Shown here piece after piece: positions 18,208 through 26,896 of a stretch of DNA of 64,000 nucleotides. Made by a program: the position numbers and the translations under genes. Location of the stretch: positions 64,001 through 128,000 of IMG/VR virus record IMGVR_UViG_3300027741_000027, one strand, 5' to 3'. The notes below the pieces were generated by a model, which saw only the letters and a list, made by a program, of their open reading frames with translations, was not told where the DNA came from and did not search any database. The stretch comes from a virus. How positions within the stretch are numbered: position 1 is the stretch's first letter; every line of letters starts with the position of its first letter.

Positions 18208-18282
18208 CTTTTAGCCGGGATTCTCACCCTGTCTACGATCAGTCTAGCAAATCGAATGTAAAGGAAGGGTAAAACTATGAAA

Positions 18283-18501
18283 CTATTTACTTTTGTAATT
18301 GACTGCTTCTGCAAACACTCCATCGCCGTCCCAAAGACTAATGAGGAAGGCATATTTCCACAGACAAAGCACAAAGCTACGAACTACATAATCACCATCA
18401 TTACTTTTTTGACGATAGAGTGTCACTCCTACGTTTCGCATAATTTGATGATTTTCATGCCAACGAACTTGCAATTCTTTATTTTTGATGTTGAATTTCA
18501 T
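18283..18501 (-). CDS. hypothetical protein
   Basis: Start refined to MKFNIK, ATGA overlap with the upstream gene. Confidence 0.6.
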   Translation of the reverse strand: MKFNIKNKELQVRWHENHQIMRNVGVTLYRQKSNDGDYVVRSFVLCLWKYAFLISLWDGDGVFAEAVNYKSK

Positions 18502-18812
18502 TTGTTTACCGATTTGTGAAGTGTGGTCAAGACGACCCATTTGTTTTCTTTTTTATCAAAAACAACAGGGCAAACTATATGACCTCTGTTTAATAAAAGA
18601 TAATGGGAAGTAGAACGCCGACCTCTGACCCAGCTTGGTTTCTTTTCTTTTGGCACAATAATAACATTGCGAAGATAGCCGGTACGCTTGATCCCCATAT
18701 GAGAGATTTCATTTATGATTCTCTCTTGATCTAAGCTCACGGGCAAGACTCTACCATAGTATCGCTCAATGGCGTGATGTGTAAATATAAGTTGTTCAGG
18801 TTTGACTTGCAT
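18498..18812 (-). CDS. DUF4258/RelE-like (BECR-fold) protein
   Basis: IFTHHAIERY...R at the N-terminus and VCPVVFD...WVVLTTL at the C-terminus. Confidence 0.5.
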   Translation of the reverse strand: MQVKPEQLIFTHHAIERYYGRVLPVSLDQERIINEISHMGIKRTGYLRNVIIVPKEKKPSWVRGRRSTSHYLLLNRGHIVCPVVFDKKENKWVVLTTLHKSVNK

Positions 18813-18827
18813 TACTTTTTATAAAAC

Positions 18828-19028
18828 CTATCCTATGAATGACACTAGCAGGGCCGTAGATGCCATAGACCAAACTATAGCGATTCCTATGCGGTGCCTA
18901 GTGTGCTTACAGAACCCGCGAGCGTAGTAGCCACCCAATGCGGCTAGACCCTCAAAGCCAAGATGCAAAATATAATCAACTAATAATTTATTTATAGCCC
19001 ATCTCCTTCTTATCCCAATATTCATCAT
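18828..19028 (-). CDS. small membrane protein
   Basis: Two hydrophobic segments. Confidence 0.45.
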   Translation of the reverse strand: MMNIGIRRRWAINKLLVDYILHLGFEGLAALGGYYARGFCKHTRHRIGIAIVWSMASTALLVSFIG

Positions 19029-19115
19029 GGCTTCTGAAATAGTTATCTATGGCCCAATAATATGTTTTATTAGCGATCCGCGCTATCTTTTGATAAACTT
19101 TTCGTTTAATATATA

Positions 19116-19352
19116 TCATATAAAATATCCAAGTGCCTTCTGAACCTTGTCGTCCCATCCGTAGTCAATCCTTCGCCCGTAATGCTCTCTAAGCGCATCA
19201 CGCTTCTCAGGCATATTAACATAGACGTTACAAGCCTTTAGAGACTCTGAATGATTGCCAGCCACATATGCCGGGTCGAAGATGACTTCATCATCATCAT
19301 CAACGACAATCCAGCGATCAGAAGGGTATTTATTTCCTGTTACAACTCTCAT
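19116..19352 (-). CDS. hypothetical protein
   Basis: 78 aa, coupled. Confidence 0.65.
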   Translation of the reverse strand: MRVVTGNKYPSDRWIVVDDDDEVIFDPAYVAGNHSESLKACNVYVNMPEKRDALREHYGRRIDYGWDDKVQKALGYFI

Positions 19353-19518
19353 CTTTAAACTTTACTAATTCGATATTTATTGTGATGATTGGTAGGCCGA
19401 TTTCAAGCCCGGTGTATTTGGTGCCGCGCTTAGTGTCGAACCTGTAGCTCCTGAGCATTAAGCCAAACTGCCAGCCAATTGCAGAGTCAATCCAAACTGT
19501 ATATTTTCCAATACTCAT
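19330..19518 (-). CDS. hypothetical protein
   Basis: 62 aa. Confidence 0.55.
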   Translation of the reverse strand: MSIGKYTVWIDSAIGWQFGLMLRSYRFDTKRGTKYTGLEIGLPIITINIELVKFKDESCNRK

Positions 19519-19654
19519 TTTTTATTTGGCTTCCATCTACGAAACGGGTTACAAATAATTATGCAAGGGCAGCTATCATATTCTTTGTTATCGCCAAAAG
19601 CGGAAAAGGTTGTACCGACGTACCAGAACCTATTATCAAATAAAAATTTACGCA

Positions 19655-19873
19655 TCACGCCTCCACAACTCTTGAGAGGGAGGCGGCTTCGGCATCACGA
19701 AGGATGGCAAGCTGCTCCTGAGCTACCTCTACAAGCATAGCTGCGTGTTGGATCTCCTTAGAGTCCATCAGGCTCTCAGCACCGGACAGATGAACTGAAT
19801 CACTGTCGTCCATGTAAGCGATGGCCCTAAGACCGAAATCGCCAACTACTTCTACTTTGATTAGGTAATCCAT
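19655..19873 (-). CDS. hypothetical protein
   Basis: Start refined to MDYLIK (AAGGAG RBS). Confidence 0.7.
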   Translation of the reverse strand: MDYLIKVEVVGDFGLRAIAYMDDSDSVHLSGAESLMDSKEIQHAAMLVEVAQEQLAILRDAEAASLSRVVEA

Positions 19874-20094
19874 TGTTAGTTCTCCTTTGATTCGATTGCG
19901 TAAGAACACTGTAGCAGGTTCTCAGGCGTTCATAGATTTGGGTGCATGATCTTTATTAGAAAGCAATACAACGCTGCGATTACTTTATTCATCATCTTCG
20001 TCATTGTTTCTACTTAGCAAGATCAACACAAGCGTCATAATTGTTACATAAAGTATGGTTAAACCTGCTGCCATTGTGACAAAGTGCATTTCGA

Positions 20095-20313
20095 TCACTC
20101 CTCTTCATTCTTGCAATGAGCGCACCACGGACGGTCGCAATCAGCAATTCTTATTGTATTACCATTTGTGCGTAGTGGGCTTACCCACCAATCAACATCA
20201 GATTCATTTTCCCATACTTCGATAGCATCGTCTGTCGTTGCATAAGGGCCATAGACGGTAATCCCATTCAAGGGATCGCCAACTACTACCACCACTCCAT
20301 TTGTATCAGTCAT
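20095..20313 (-). CDS. hypothetical protein
   Basis: 72 aa, C-terminal CDRPWCAHC. Confidence 0.7.
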   Translation of the reverse strand: MTDTNGVVVVVGDPLNGITVYGPYATTDDAIEVWENESDVDWWVSPLRTNGNTIRIADCDRPWCAHCKNEEE

Positions 20314-20563
20314 TACTTTCTACCTTCCATGTAAAGCCAGCCTGATCGAGGTAGGTATCACCACGACGTAGGGCCAGCAGAGCGCTATTAATAATTGCGG
20401 CACGATCAACTGCGTAGACCTCAGGATCATCGTCCTCGTCCACGTTCAGCAACAGCAGAGTCTCTTCTGCTGCATCAGCAACAACTGACAGGAACTCGTC
20501 ATCGCCATGAAAAACGTATCCGCCTTCTGCCCCGTCATTGCTATAAAAAACAAGCTCAGTCAT
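20306..20563 (-). CDS. hypothetical acidic protein
   Basis: 85 aa, coupled. Confidence 0.7.
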   Translation of the reverse strand: MTELVFYSNDGAEGGYVFHGDDEFLSVVADAAEETLLLLNVDEDDDPEVYAVDRAAIINSALLALRRGDTYLDQAGFTWKVESND

Positions 20564-20798
20564 TTTCTTTTTTATTCTCCAATATTCCTTCTACAGTATC
20601 AATCACTGATTGCAATGATTGTGTTTTATTGATTTTAGCTTTCGCTACGTTGAGCCTAGCAAATCCTTCATAGCTATTCAAGTTCTGAATAGCGAACGTC
20701 AGATCCTCTAGGCCGTTCTCTACGCTTTTGTGAATGCCGTACAGGACAACCTCCATCTCGTCAATCACATCTTGTATTTCGTGCTTTTCGTAACTCAA
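20556..20798 (-). CDS. hypothetical protein
   Basis: 80 aa, TTG start with AAGGA RBS. Confidence 0.65.
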   Translation of the reverse strand: MSYEKHEIQDVIDEMEVVLYGIHKSVENGLEDLTFAIQNLNSYEGFARLNVAKAKINKTQSLQSVIDTVEGILENKKEND

Positions 20799-20968
20799 TT
20801 TTTTCCTTTAGCTTCTCTGGTGTCCAATTTTTATACTCAAAAAGAGCGTTGATGCGCTCTTTTTCTTTTGCTTTATCTGATTTCTTTTTATTAGCCATAA
20901 ACGGTGACGGCGACTACCCCCTTTGACAGAAAATAGTCGCCGCATTGTTTAACTATTGCGTCAAATGC

Positions 20969-21658
20969 TTACCATGCAGTGAAGATGTCTTCATAATCCT
21001 GCTGCAACGTTGAGAGGCTCAACTGCTGCTGCGGCTTATATCCAGCAAGCGCAATCGTATCTTCTCGCGTAACAGCCCTTTCTTCGTCCAACTTAGTCAG
21101 ATTTACAAAAGTGCCATTATTGACTCTATCCCTAATCGTAGAAAAAGCACTGCTTCTAGGATTGTCGGTATTAGAATAATCACAATTATCATGCAAGAGG
21201 TCAGCAAGATCGCCAGCAATCACGGTGTCATTATTAGCAAAATAATTGTTAATAAACTCTTCACGCTTCATTCTTTCTAGCTTGCGAGCAGGCTTACGAT
21301 TACTAGACTTTTCATCAATGTATACCTTTAGATCTTCCTCAAAAACGTGAAGCCTTCCATTAACTTTAATGTTGCGTAAAACTCCACGATTTGCATAACG
21401 CTCAATAGTTTTTTTACTTCTATTCGCCTTTTCAGCCGCCTTTTCGTAATCACAAACACTGAGCGGTTCGTGTGACCGATTGATAATCGCATCAATCCTG
21501 TCAGACAAAGTTTCACTAGCCGACTGATCTAGCAAACCCCTCTTGGTCAAAATATCATTCATATTTTTTGCAAAATAAGTTTTCTGTTCCTCTGTCAGAA
21601 CATCAATAACTTTTATCTCAATGGTTGTCAAAACATCATCTACATCTGAGTAATTCAT
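20969..21658 (-). CDS. DNA-binding protein with excisionase/MerR-like HTH (HTH_17)
   Basis: CDYEKAAEKANRSKKTIERYANRGVLRNIKVNGRLHVFEEDLKVYI; AAGGAG RBS. Confidence 0.75.
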   Translation of the reverse strand: MNYSDVDDVLTTIEIKVIDVLTEEQKTYFAKNMNDILTKRGLLDQSASETLSDRIDAIINRSHEPLSVCDYEKAAEKANRSKKTIERYANRGVLRNIKVNGRLHVFEEDLKVYIDEKSSNRKPARKLERMKREEFINNYFANNDTVIAGDLADLLHDNCDYSNTDNPRSSAFSTIRDRVNNGTFVNLTKLDEERAVTREDTIALAGYKPQQQLSLSTLQQDYEDIFTAW

Positions 21659-21688
21659 TGTGTCTCCTTATACTTTTATATTAATTGA

Positions 21689-21910
21689 TTATGCTTGATC
21701 CCAAGCGGGCCAATCATAAGTCTCAGCGATATCAAGGGCGGCTGCTTCAACACCATCGTTCGTCACAGGTTGCCAATCTGTAGTGTCCACTACAGTCTCA
21801 GCCTTGTTCAGTTCGATGTTTTGAGTTTCCAGCAGAACCCTGTCTACCTCGCCCGTCTCAGTGTTTACAAATACTGATACAGGAACTGTGTATTGCACTA
21901 CGACTTCCAT
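21689..21910 (-). CDS. hypothetical protein, paralog of 17928..18146
   Basis: Clear sequence similarity to the paralog; own promoter at 21941. Confidence 0.8.
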   Translation of the reverse strand: MEVVVQYTVPVSVFVNTETGEVDRVLLETQNIELNKAETVVDTTDWQPVTNDGVEAAALDIAETYDWPAWDQA

Positions 21911-21975
21911 CACTTCTCCCTCTGTTGGTTTGTAATAACTACTCTAGCAAACTGATGGTAAAGAACAGGCAAAAC

Positions 21976-22248
21976 CTATTCAGTGTCCAGAGCGTGAATC
22001 TCTGTAAGCCGCTCTGCGATCTTATCAAGATCCTTTGGTGTCTCTTCGATAGGAAGAAACGGATCGTCATGGTCAATAATTGTTAGAATAAGTTTCTCAT
22101 CATCTGAGGCTGTATCAACAATAAAGTTTGCTGTCTTGCCGATGATCGAAACTTCTCCTGAGTCAGTCACCTTAGCTTCGTATGGTGTCATCATGGAAAT
22201 ATATCCTGCCACCATGTTGTCCACTACTTCCTGATTAGTCATTGTCAT
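21976..22248 (-). CDS. hypothetical protein
   Basis: 90 aa, coupled. Confidence 0.7.
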   Translation of the reverse strand: MTMTNQEVVDNMVAGYISMMTPYEAKVTDSGEVSIIGKTANFIVDTASDDEKLILTIIDHDDPFLPIEETPKDLDKIAERLTEIHALDTE

Positions 22249-22474
22249 ATCTTTCTTCCATTAGGTCAAGCCCGAACCTGAGTAGCAGCTTCGATGCAGC
22301 AATGAGTTTAGCAGACTTATCAAGCTCTGCCTCTGCTAGCTCAGGATCAATCGTTAGCATACTCTTGGCGAATTCATTTCTTTGAACAACACCGCGATTG
22401 ATTTCTTTTGTCGCGGTGTTGAGTGCGCCTAGCACATCGTCAAGCCTAGTATCCGTATGCGCAATAATTGTCAC
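22235..22474 (-). CDS. hypothetical coiled-coil protein
   Basis: 79 aa, coupled. Confidence 0.7.
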   Translation of the reverse strand: MTIIAHTDTRLDDVLGALNTATKEINRGVVQRNEFAKSMLTIDPELAEAELDKSAKLIAASKLLLRFGLDLMEERYDND

Positions 22475-22653
22475 TTGCCATCCCTCACAGGATCGTGCTT
22501 AGGTGGCTTGGTACCCATAAACGCCGGGTGCATCGTGCGAGCCACAGGGCGCGGCACATCAAGCATATGATTCTGCTTGTAGATCGTTACAGGTTGGCCC
22601 GCCATCTGCGCATGATCCAGAGCGGCCTTCCACTGATTCATAAAATCACTCAT
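22471..22653 (-). CDS. hypothetical protein
   Basis: 60 aa, AAGGA RBS. Confidence 0.65.
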   Translation of the reverse strand: MSDFMNQWKAALDHAQMAGQPVTIYKQNHMLDVPRPVARTMHPAFMGTKPPKHDPVRDGK

Positions 22654-22667
22654 TTGTTTTCCTTTGT

Positions 22668-23030
22668 TTAGTACCTGAATAGGTAGTTGTTGCCTTGAAA
22701 TTCTACATCGGTGTAATCATAACGAAGTTCGTCTGCTGCTGCCGACCAATCAATATGAGTGGCAGGCCAAGTTGTTTCGTCATCAATGGCTCCGATATCG
22801 TGAGCAAATTCTTTGGCGTAATCCTCAAAATAATCTTCATCAATAAAATATACGCTATCCCGATCTGCTTCTTCTAGCGTGATGCCCATATCAGATTCAA
22901 GCTCAATAAGCTCATTAAGCTCTTCTTGCAGATTTTCTTTTTCGAGAGGAAGAAGGGTGTTTTCTTCTACATTATTTTGTAGAAGCTCAGTAAGTTCTAC
23001 CTTGCGATTAAGTAGTGCATTAATATCCAT
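22668..23030 (-). CDS. ArdA-like acidic antirestriction / DNA-mimic protein
   Basis: FEDYAKEFAHDIGAI...HIDWSAAADELRYDYT...YLFR resembles the ArdA C-terminal domain; very acidic. Confidence 0.55.
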   Translation of the reverse strand: MDINALLNRKVELTELLQNNVEENTLLPLEKENLQEELNELIELESDMGITLEEADRDSVYFIDEDYFEDYAKEFAHDIGAIDDETTWPATHIDWSAAADELRYDYTDVEFQGNNYLFRY

Positions 23031-23094
23031 TACGATCTCCTTAGTTGGTTGTTGCAATCAGCATAGCAAATCAAGGGTAAAGACTTAGTAAAAC

Positions 23095-23310
23095 CTAATC
23101 CTTGTCCTCGCTAAAGTCAGGAAGCGGATCCGCAAAGTGAGTCATGTACATATCCACTGCCTGCTTGACCTGATTGTAAAGACTAGCAGCATGAGGTTCT
23201 ACAAAAGCATCATACTTTTCATTCCACTCAATGCCTTCATCCTGAGCCTGCTGGAAATAACTATCGCTAACATAATCTTCGATAGCTTTGTAAATATTAT
23301 TGTCAGTCAT
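23095..23310 (-). CDS. hypothetical protein
   Basis: Start refined to MTDNN (GAGGGG RBS). Confidence 0.7.
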   Translation of the reverse strand: MTDNNIYKAIEDYVSDSYFQQAQDEGIEWNEKYDAFVEPHAASLYNQVKQAVDMYMTHFADPLPDFSEDKD

Positions 23311-23551
23311 TCTTGTCCCCCTCTGATTTAATATTGAATGGAATGGTTGTCTCTGCATCTGTAATAAAACTAATCTCAGCCCATTCGATTGAATCCTCGT
23401 TATAGATTCCGACAATTCGGGCTACGTCATCGTTGTCGTCTGTGTGCTGCTCTACGGCCTCCTGAAAGCTGCTGTAAGGGCCGTACTGCCCTAGCGTATC
23501 GGGATTGTCAGAAGCAGGGCCATTGAGCAATAGAGCGTATACTTTCATCAT
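23303..23551 (-). CDS. hypothetical protein
   Basis: 82 aa, AGGAG RBS. Confidence 0.7.
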   Translation of the reverse strand: MMKVYALLLNGPASDNPDTLGQYGPYSSFQEAVEQHTDDNDDVARIVGIYNEDSIEWAEISFITDAETTIPFNIKSEGDKND

Positions 23552-23560
23552 TGTCTCCTA

Positions 23561-24157
23561 TCAAGTGTGAACGTCACAGGTAAGGATAGCAAGCCCGAAG
23601 TCCTCGCCATCAGTTAGGTCAAAGGTACGCGCCGTGTAAGGCGAAAACTGATAAGCATTAAAGAACGGCGGAGTAAAATACTTATCATTAAGCTGCTCAT
23701 AAACCCTAGCAAGGTTAGGACGAACCGATAGCCTCCAAGAATCAATGCCATCATCGGTGCCTGCGTAGCTAGCTGCAAGAGCCTCACGAATAGTTTGGGC
23801 AGCTTCATCAGTAGATTTAAACTTATACTGATAATTATGATCGCCCTCAGTCAGAACGCGAAGATCGTTGCCGATATCCCAATACATACAATTGTATGCA
23901 GACTTCATAGCGGCATCGTAGTCCCAGCTATCACGATCATCAACCCAAGAGTCAAAGCCGCCGCGATAGGTGTCATCACTAATCACTGCCTCGCCATCCT
24001 TGACGGCTAGGGCAAGAGGTGTGTACCAATTGTTATCGTCAAACTTATGCTCAACATAAGAACTAAATGCACCATGTTCAATTGCAAAGATACGTCCGTC
24101 CTGAACAATGTCGTCAGTGTCATCAATGTTAATAAGAAAATGCTGTAGAGCGTGAAT
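23561..24157 (-). CDS. hypothetical protein with probable ATT start codon
   Basis: Frame is open 59 codons upstream of the track's GTG (23986); AGGAGG RBS 8 nt before ATT 24157; in-frame TAG just upstream. Confidence 0.6.
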   Translation of the reverse strand: MHALQHFLINIDDTDDIVQDGRIFAIEHGAFSSYVEHKFDDNNWYTPLALAVKDGEAVISDDTYRGGFDSWVDDRDSWDYDAAMKSAYNCMYWDIGNDLRVLTEGDHNYQYKFKSTDEAAQTIREALAASYAGTDDGIDSWRLSVRPNLARVYEQLNDKYFTPPFFNAYQFSPYTARTFDLTDGEDFGLAILTCDVHT

Positions 24158-24237
24158 TGTAATCGCCTCCTATGGCGGTCTGTTTAGTCAGTAGATACAA
24201 CTTAGCAGTTTCGCTTTTGTCTTGGGTAAAGGTTTGG

Positions 24238-24423
24238 TTAAGACTTGCTCAACTTACGTTCGATGTACCTAACGAGAATATCAGCGTTAGCGATATCGCC
24301 CTCCATGTATTTAATCATCTCGTCGTTGTTGTCCTGAGTTTCTAGCGTATTTTGCAACTCCTCCGCATAACTATTTGCGATGCGGATAATTTCTTCTGCA
24401 ATATCATTCTCAATACTAATCAT
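24238..24423 (-). CDS. hypothetical protein
   Basis: Start refined to MISIE, ATGA overlap. Confidence 0.65.
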   Translation of the reverse strand: MISIENDIAEEIIRIANSYAEELQNTLETQDNNDEMIKYMEGDIANADILVRYIERKLSKS

Positions 24424-24803
24424 ACTTCCATCTCCTCGCAATTACAATCCCAATCCATATCCTCGCCGCAATCATCGCAAAGGCTATCATCCTCCTGTGG
24501 ATCAAAGTCAATCGTGAGGGTCTTGACCCTATTGCGATTGTCAAACTCTGCGTACACAGGGTACACACCGTCACCGTACAAGGTGCCACAGGCGATAGCA
24601 AGGTTCTCAAGCTGTCCGTAACCATTGCTACTCAGAGTTGCGTTGCAGCAACCATCGTAATTCATTTCGTATGATGAACTTGGCTTATTCTTAGTGCTAG
24701 TGTCAAATTCTTTTACAAAGTCTGCATTGATGTAGCAGGGGTCAATAATCATAATCTGGCCTGAGTCTACCGCGACCTGACCGATAAGTGTCTTTGTAGT
24801 CAT
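24420..24803 (-). CDS. DUF4241-like protein
   Basis: IGQVAVDSGQIMIIDPCY ... GTLYGDGVYPVYA; C-terminal CxxC...CxC. Confidence 0.7.
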   Translation of the reverse strand: MTTKTLIGQVAVDSGQIMIIDPCYINADFVKEFDTSTKNKPSSSYEMNYDGCCNATLSSNGYGQLENLAIACGTLYGDGVYPVYAEFDNRNRVKTLTIDFDPQEDDSLCDDCGEDMDWDCNCEEMEV

Positions 24804-24885
24804 TGTGTTTCTCCTTGTTTTGTGTTCAACAACTGAATACAACATAGCAAACCGTTTCACCGCTTGGGTAAAGACTTGGCAAAAC

Positions 24886-25194
24886 CTACGTTCCCCGAAT
24901 GGTGGCACCCTTTAGAGGCCAACCCTGACACACCTTCACAGTGACATTCTTTCCAACTGGATTATTTGCTGTAAAAGTAAACAGGACTGTATCACCCTTG
25001 CCGCAACCCTTGAATCCAACAAATATAGAATCGCGGTCAATAAGTTTTACATTAGTAAATCCATTGGTCACAAGGGTATTCTCTGCCACCCTCTGATCTG
25101 CAAACTGTCCAAACGCACAACCCGCAAACAAAACAAAAACAATAGCTACGAGGGTTCCAACCCATGTATATTTATCTTTGATATTTCTTTTCAT
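24886..25194 (-). CDS. membrane-anchored protein
   Basis: N-terminal hydrophobic helix; GC.KGD and VC.GW motifs. Confidence 0.7.
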   Translation of the reverse strand: MKRNIKDKYTWVGTLVAIVFVLFAGCAFGQFADQRVAENTLVTNGFTNVKLIDRDSIFVGFKGCGKGDTVLFTFTANNPVGKNVTVKVCQGWPLKGATIRGT

Positions 25195-25619
25195 TAGTAA
25201 AGGTGTCCTGATCTAGAGAATGGGTCTTGCATGATCTTAGCTCGCATCTTCTCAAGATCAGCAAGGTCGTTGTGAGAGCGTTCTGCCCTGTGATTAGTCA
25301 GTTGGTCTTGGATATAGCGCAGCTTGGACACGGTATGCGGCCTAGCGTCAGTGGAATACCTATCGGGGACGCTCACGGTCATGCGAGGGTCACGGATAAC
25401 AGACTCAACCCGTTCAGACCACTCCTGTTCCTCCTGAGACTTCTTATTGGCCTTAGCAGCGTGAGCCGCTTGGATTCCAGTGATGGTAACAGGGGCAGAA
25501 GTGCCTGTGATTACTTTTTCTTCTGTATGTTCGGGACAGTTGAGAGGTAAACGACCGCGCTGTGCGGCTCTCTGCCACTCATGGTTCCCTGCTTGGCAAT
25601 GCAATGTTTTCATAGTCAT
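25194..25619 (-). CDS. hypothetical protein with N-terminal Zn site
   Basis: C-QAGNH...C-PEH; own promoter at 25626. Confidence 0.7.
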   Translation of the reverse strand: MTMKTLHCQAGNHEWQRAAQRGRLPLNCPEHTEEKVITGTSAPVTITGIQAAHAAKANKKSQEEQEWSERVESVIRDPRMTVSVPDRYSTDARPHTVSKLRYIQDQLTNHRAERSHNDLADLEKMRAKIMQDPFSRSGHLY

Positions 25620-25754
25620 AAGTTTACCTTAGCACACTTGATTACTTTTTAAGTAAAGACTTAGTAAAGGAAGGGAGGACGCAGCGGGGGAGTATTGTCT
25701 TTTATATCCGAAGCCAATGGGGACGGGCATTGGCTGGAGTCCTCAATATATTAC

Positions 25755-26741
25755 TTAAGCGTTAAGGACGAGTTCAAAGCCCCTCTGCTTAAGTGCGTTG
25801 TCATCGAAGCTACGCGCCATTTGTGAGCCACGCTTAGTCATCTTGCGACCGTAATCGGCATACTCTGCGATTGCGTTAGCTGCGCACCACTTGCTGCCCG
25901 GTGCGTTGCCTGTAGTGTCGCCATTGACGCCTTCGCCCCTGTAGATCGCCATGATTGCATTCTTTGCAACTGAGCGATTAGTTACAGCACGATCACCCAT
26001 GCTGCCCTCAACAGGGTAAAGCTCATCAAGAACAGAGCGCAGACGGCCCTCTGAAAAAGAAGTCAGAGCCAACTGATCGCCAAGATCCTTAAATTGCTTG
26101 TAATAGTCAATGGTAATACCCATGACGTTACGAGCCTCATGGAGCTTTGCATTAATATTACCTGTGTGACGTACAGTGTAGGTGCGCTTACCCTGCTTGG
26201 CCCTGCTTACAGCCCAACCAAGAGTGTTTGCGCAAACAATACGAATTGGGCTAACAGACACAAGGCAAGCAGACTTACCATCGTGAGCATTAGCAATAAA
26301 TACATATTGCCCAACATCGTCACCTGCAACCTGAATGTAATCAGGCATCTTGCACAGTACCCATACCTTCTTACCTGCGTACAGGGAACCTGCGGTTTCG
26401 TACATCATATCTGTGCCAATAAGATTGTCCATGAAAGCAAATGCCTCATGGTTCTGAATTGGCTTGTAACGCTCTGTTACGACACCCATTACATCGTTGG
26501 TATCCTCACGGACGTTCATCCAAAGATTGTCTACCTTTGGGTACGTTGTGATGTTCTGACCACCGACGTTGGTAATAATTTCCTGATGAACAGGGCGCTG
26601 AATGATGTTCCAATCAAGACCTGAAAGCTCTAGTGCTTCCTTGATCGAACCGGGGTACTGATCTAGTACGTTACCAAGACCATGCCACGGCATTTCGCGT
26701 ACCGAGAACATCTGATCTTTGTCTGTAATTCCGTGTGCCAT
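25755..26741 (-). CDS. DUF932 / phage-plasmid LGT_TIGR03299-like protein
   Basis: MAH...MFSVREMPWHGLG, V..RYKPIQNHEAFAFMD, ETAGSL..GKKVW, NAHDG, SPIRIVCANTL, HTGN. Confidence 0.9.
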   Translation of the reverse strand: MAHGITDKDQMFSVREMPWHGLGNVLDQYPGSIKEALELSGLDWNIIQRPVHQEIITNVGGQNITTYPKVDNLWMNVREDTNDVMGVVTERYKPIQNHEAFAFMDNLIGTDMMYETAGSLYAGKKVWVLCKMPDYIQVAGDDVGQYVFIANAHDGKSACLVSVSPIRIVCANTLGWAVSRAKQGKRTYTVRHTGNINAKLHEARNVMGITIDYYKQFKDLGDQLALTSFSEGRLRSVLDELYPVEGSMGDRAVTNRSVAKNAIMAIYRGEGVNGDTTGNAPGSKWCAANAIAEYADYGRKMTKRGSQMARSFDDNALKQRGFELVLNA

Positions 26742-26896
26742 TTGCTGCTCCTTTGTTTTGTTGTATTCAACTGCTGAACAGGAGTGTAGCAGCTATTTCA
26801 TCATTGAAGAGGATTTTACCAAGATTTTACCTTTCGATATGATTCTGGCTTGATTAATCTTATTAAAATAAGAAAAACAAATCTTTAATTAATACA

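Larger units (their letters stand above)
13253..25668 (-). repeat. family of 16 conserved early promoter elements (TTTRCY-N5-TTTRCY-N10/N20-22-TANNNT)
   Basis: -10 hexamers start at 13253, 13535, 13624, 14019, 14298, 14376, 14765, 15140, 15233, 17520, 18241, 21941, 23060, 24199, 24841, 25626; each has two hexamer boxes exactly 11 bp apart. Confidence 0.85.

Noticed and set aside
26094-26624. 176 aa plus-strand ORF and other long antisense ORFs (e.g. 5332..5775, 46457..46960, 54351..54770)
   Set aside because: Each lies opposite a well-supported gene and has no RBS or recognisable motifs.
12900-26800. CRISPR array or integron attC array
   Set aside because: The repeats are short degenerate promoter boxes with genes between them. 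There are no identical 25-45 bp repeats with regular spacers, no attC structure, and no cas or integrase gene.
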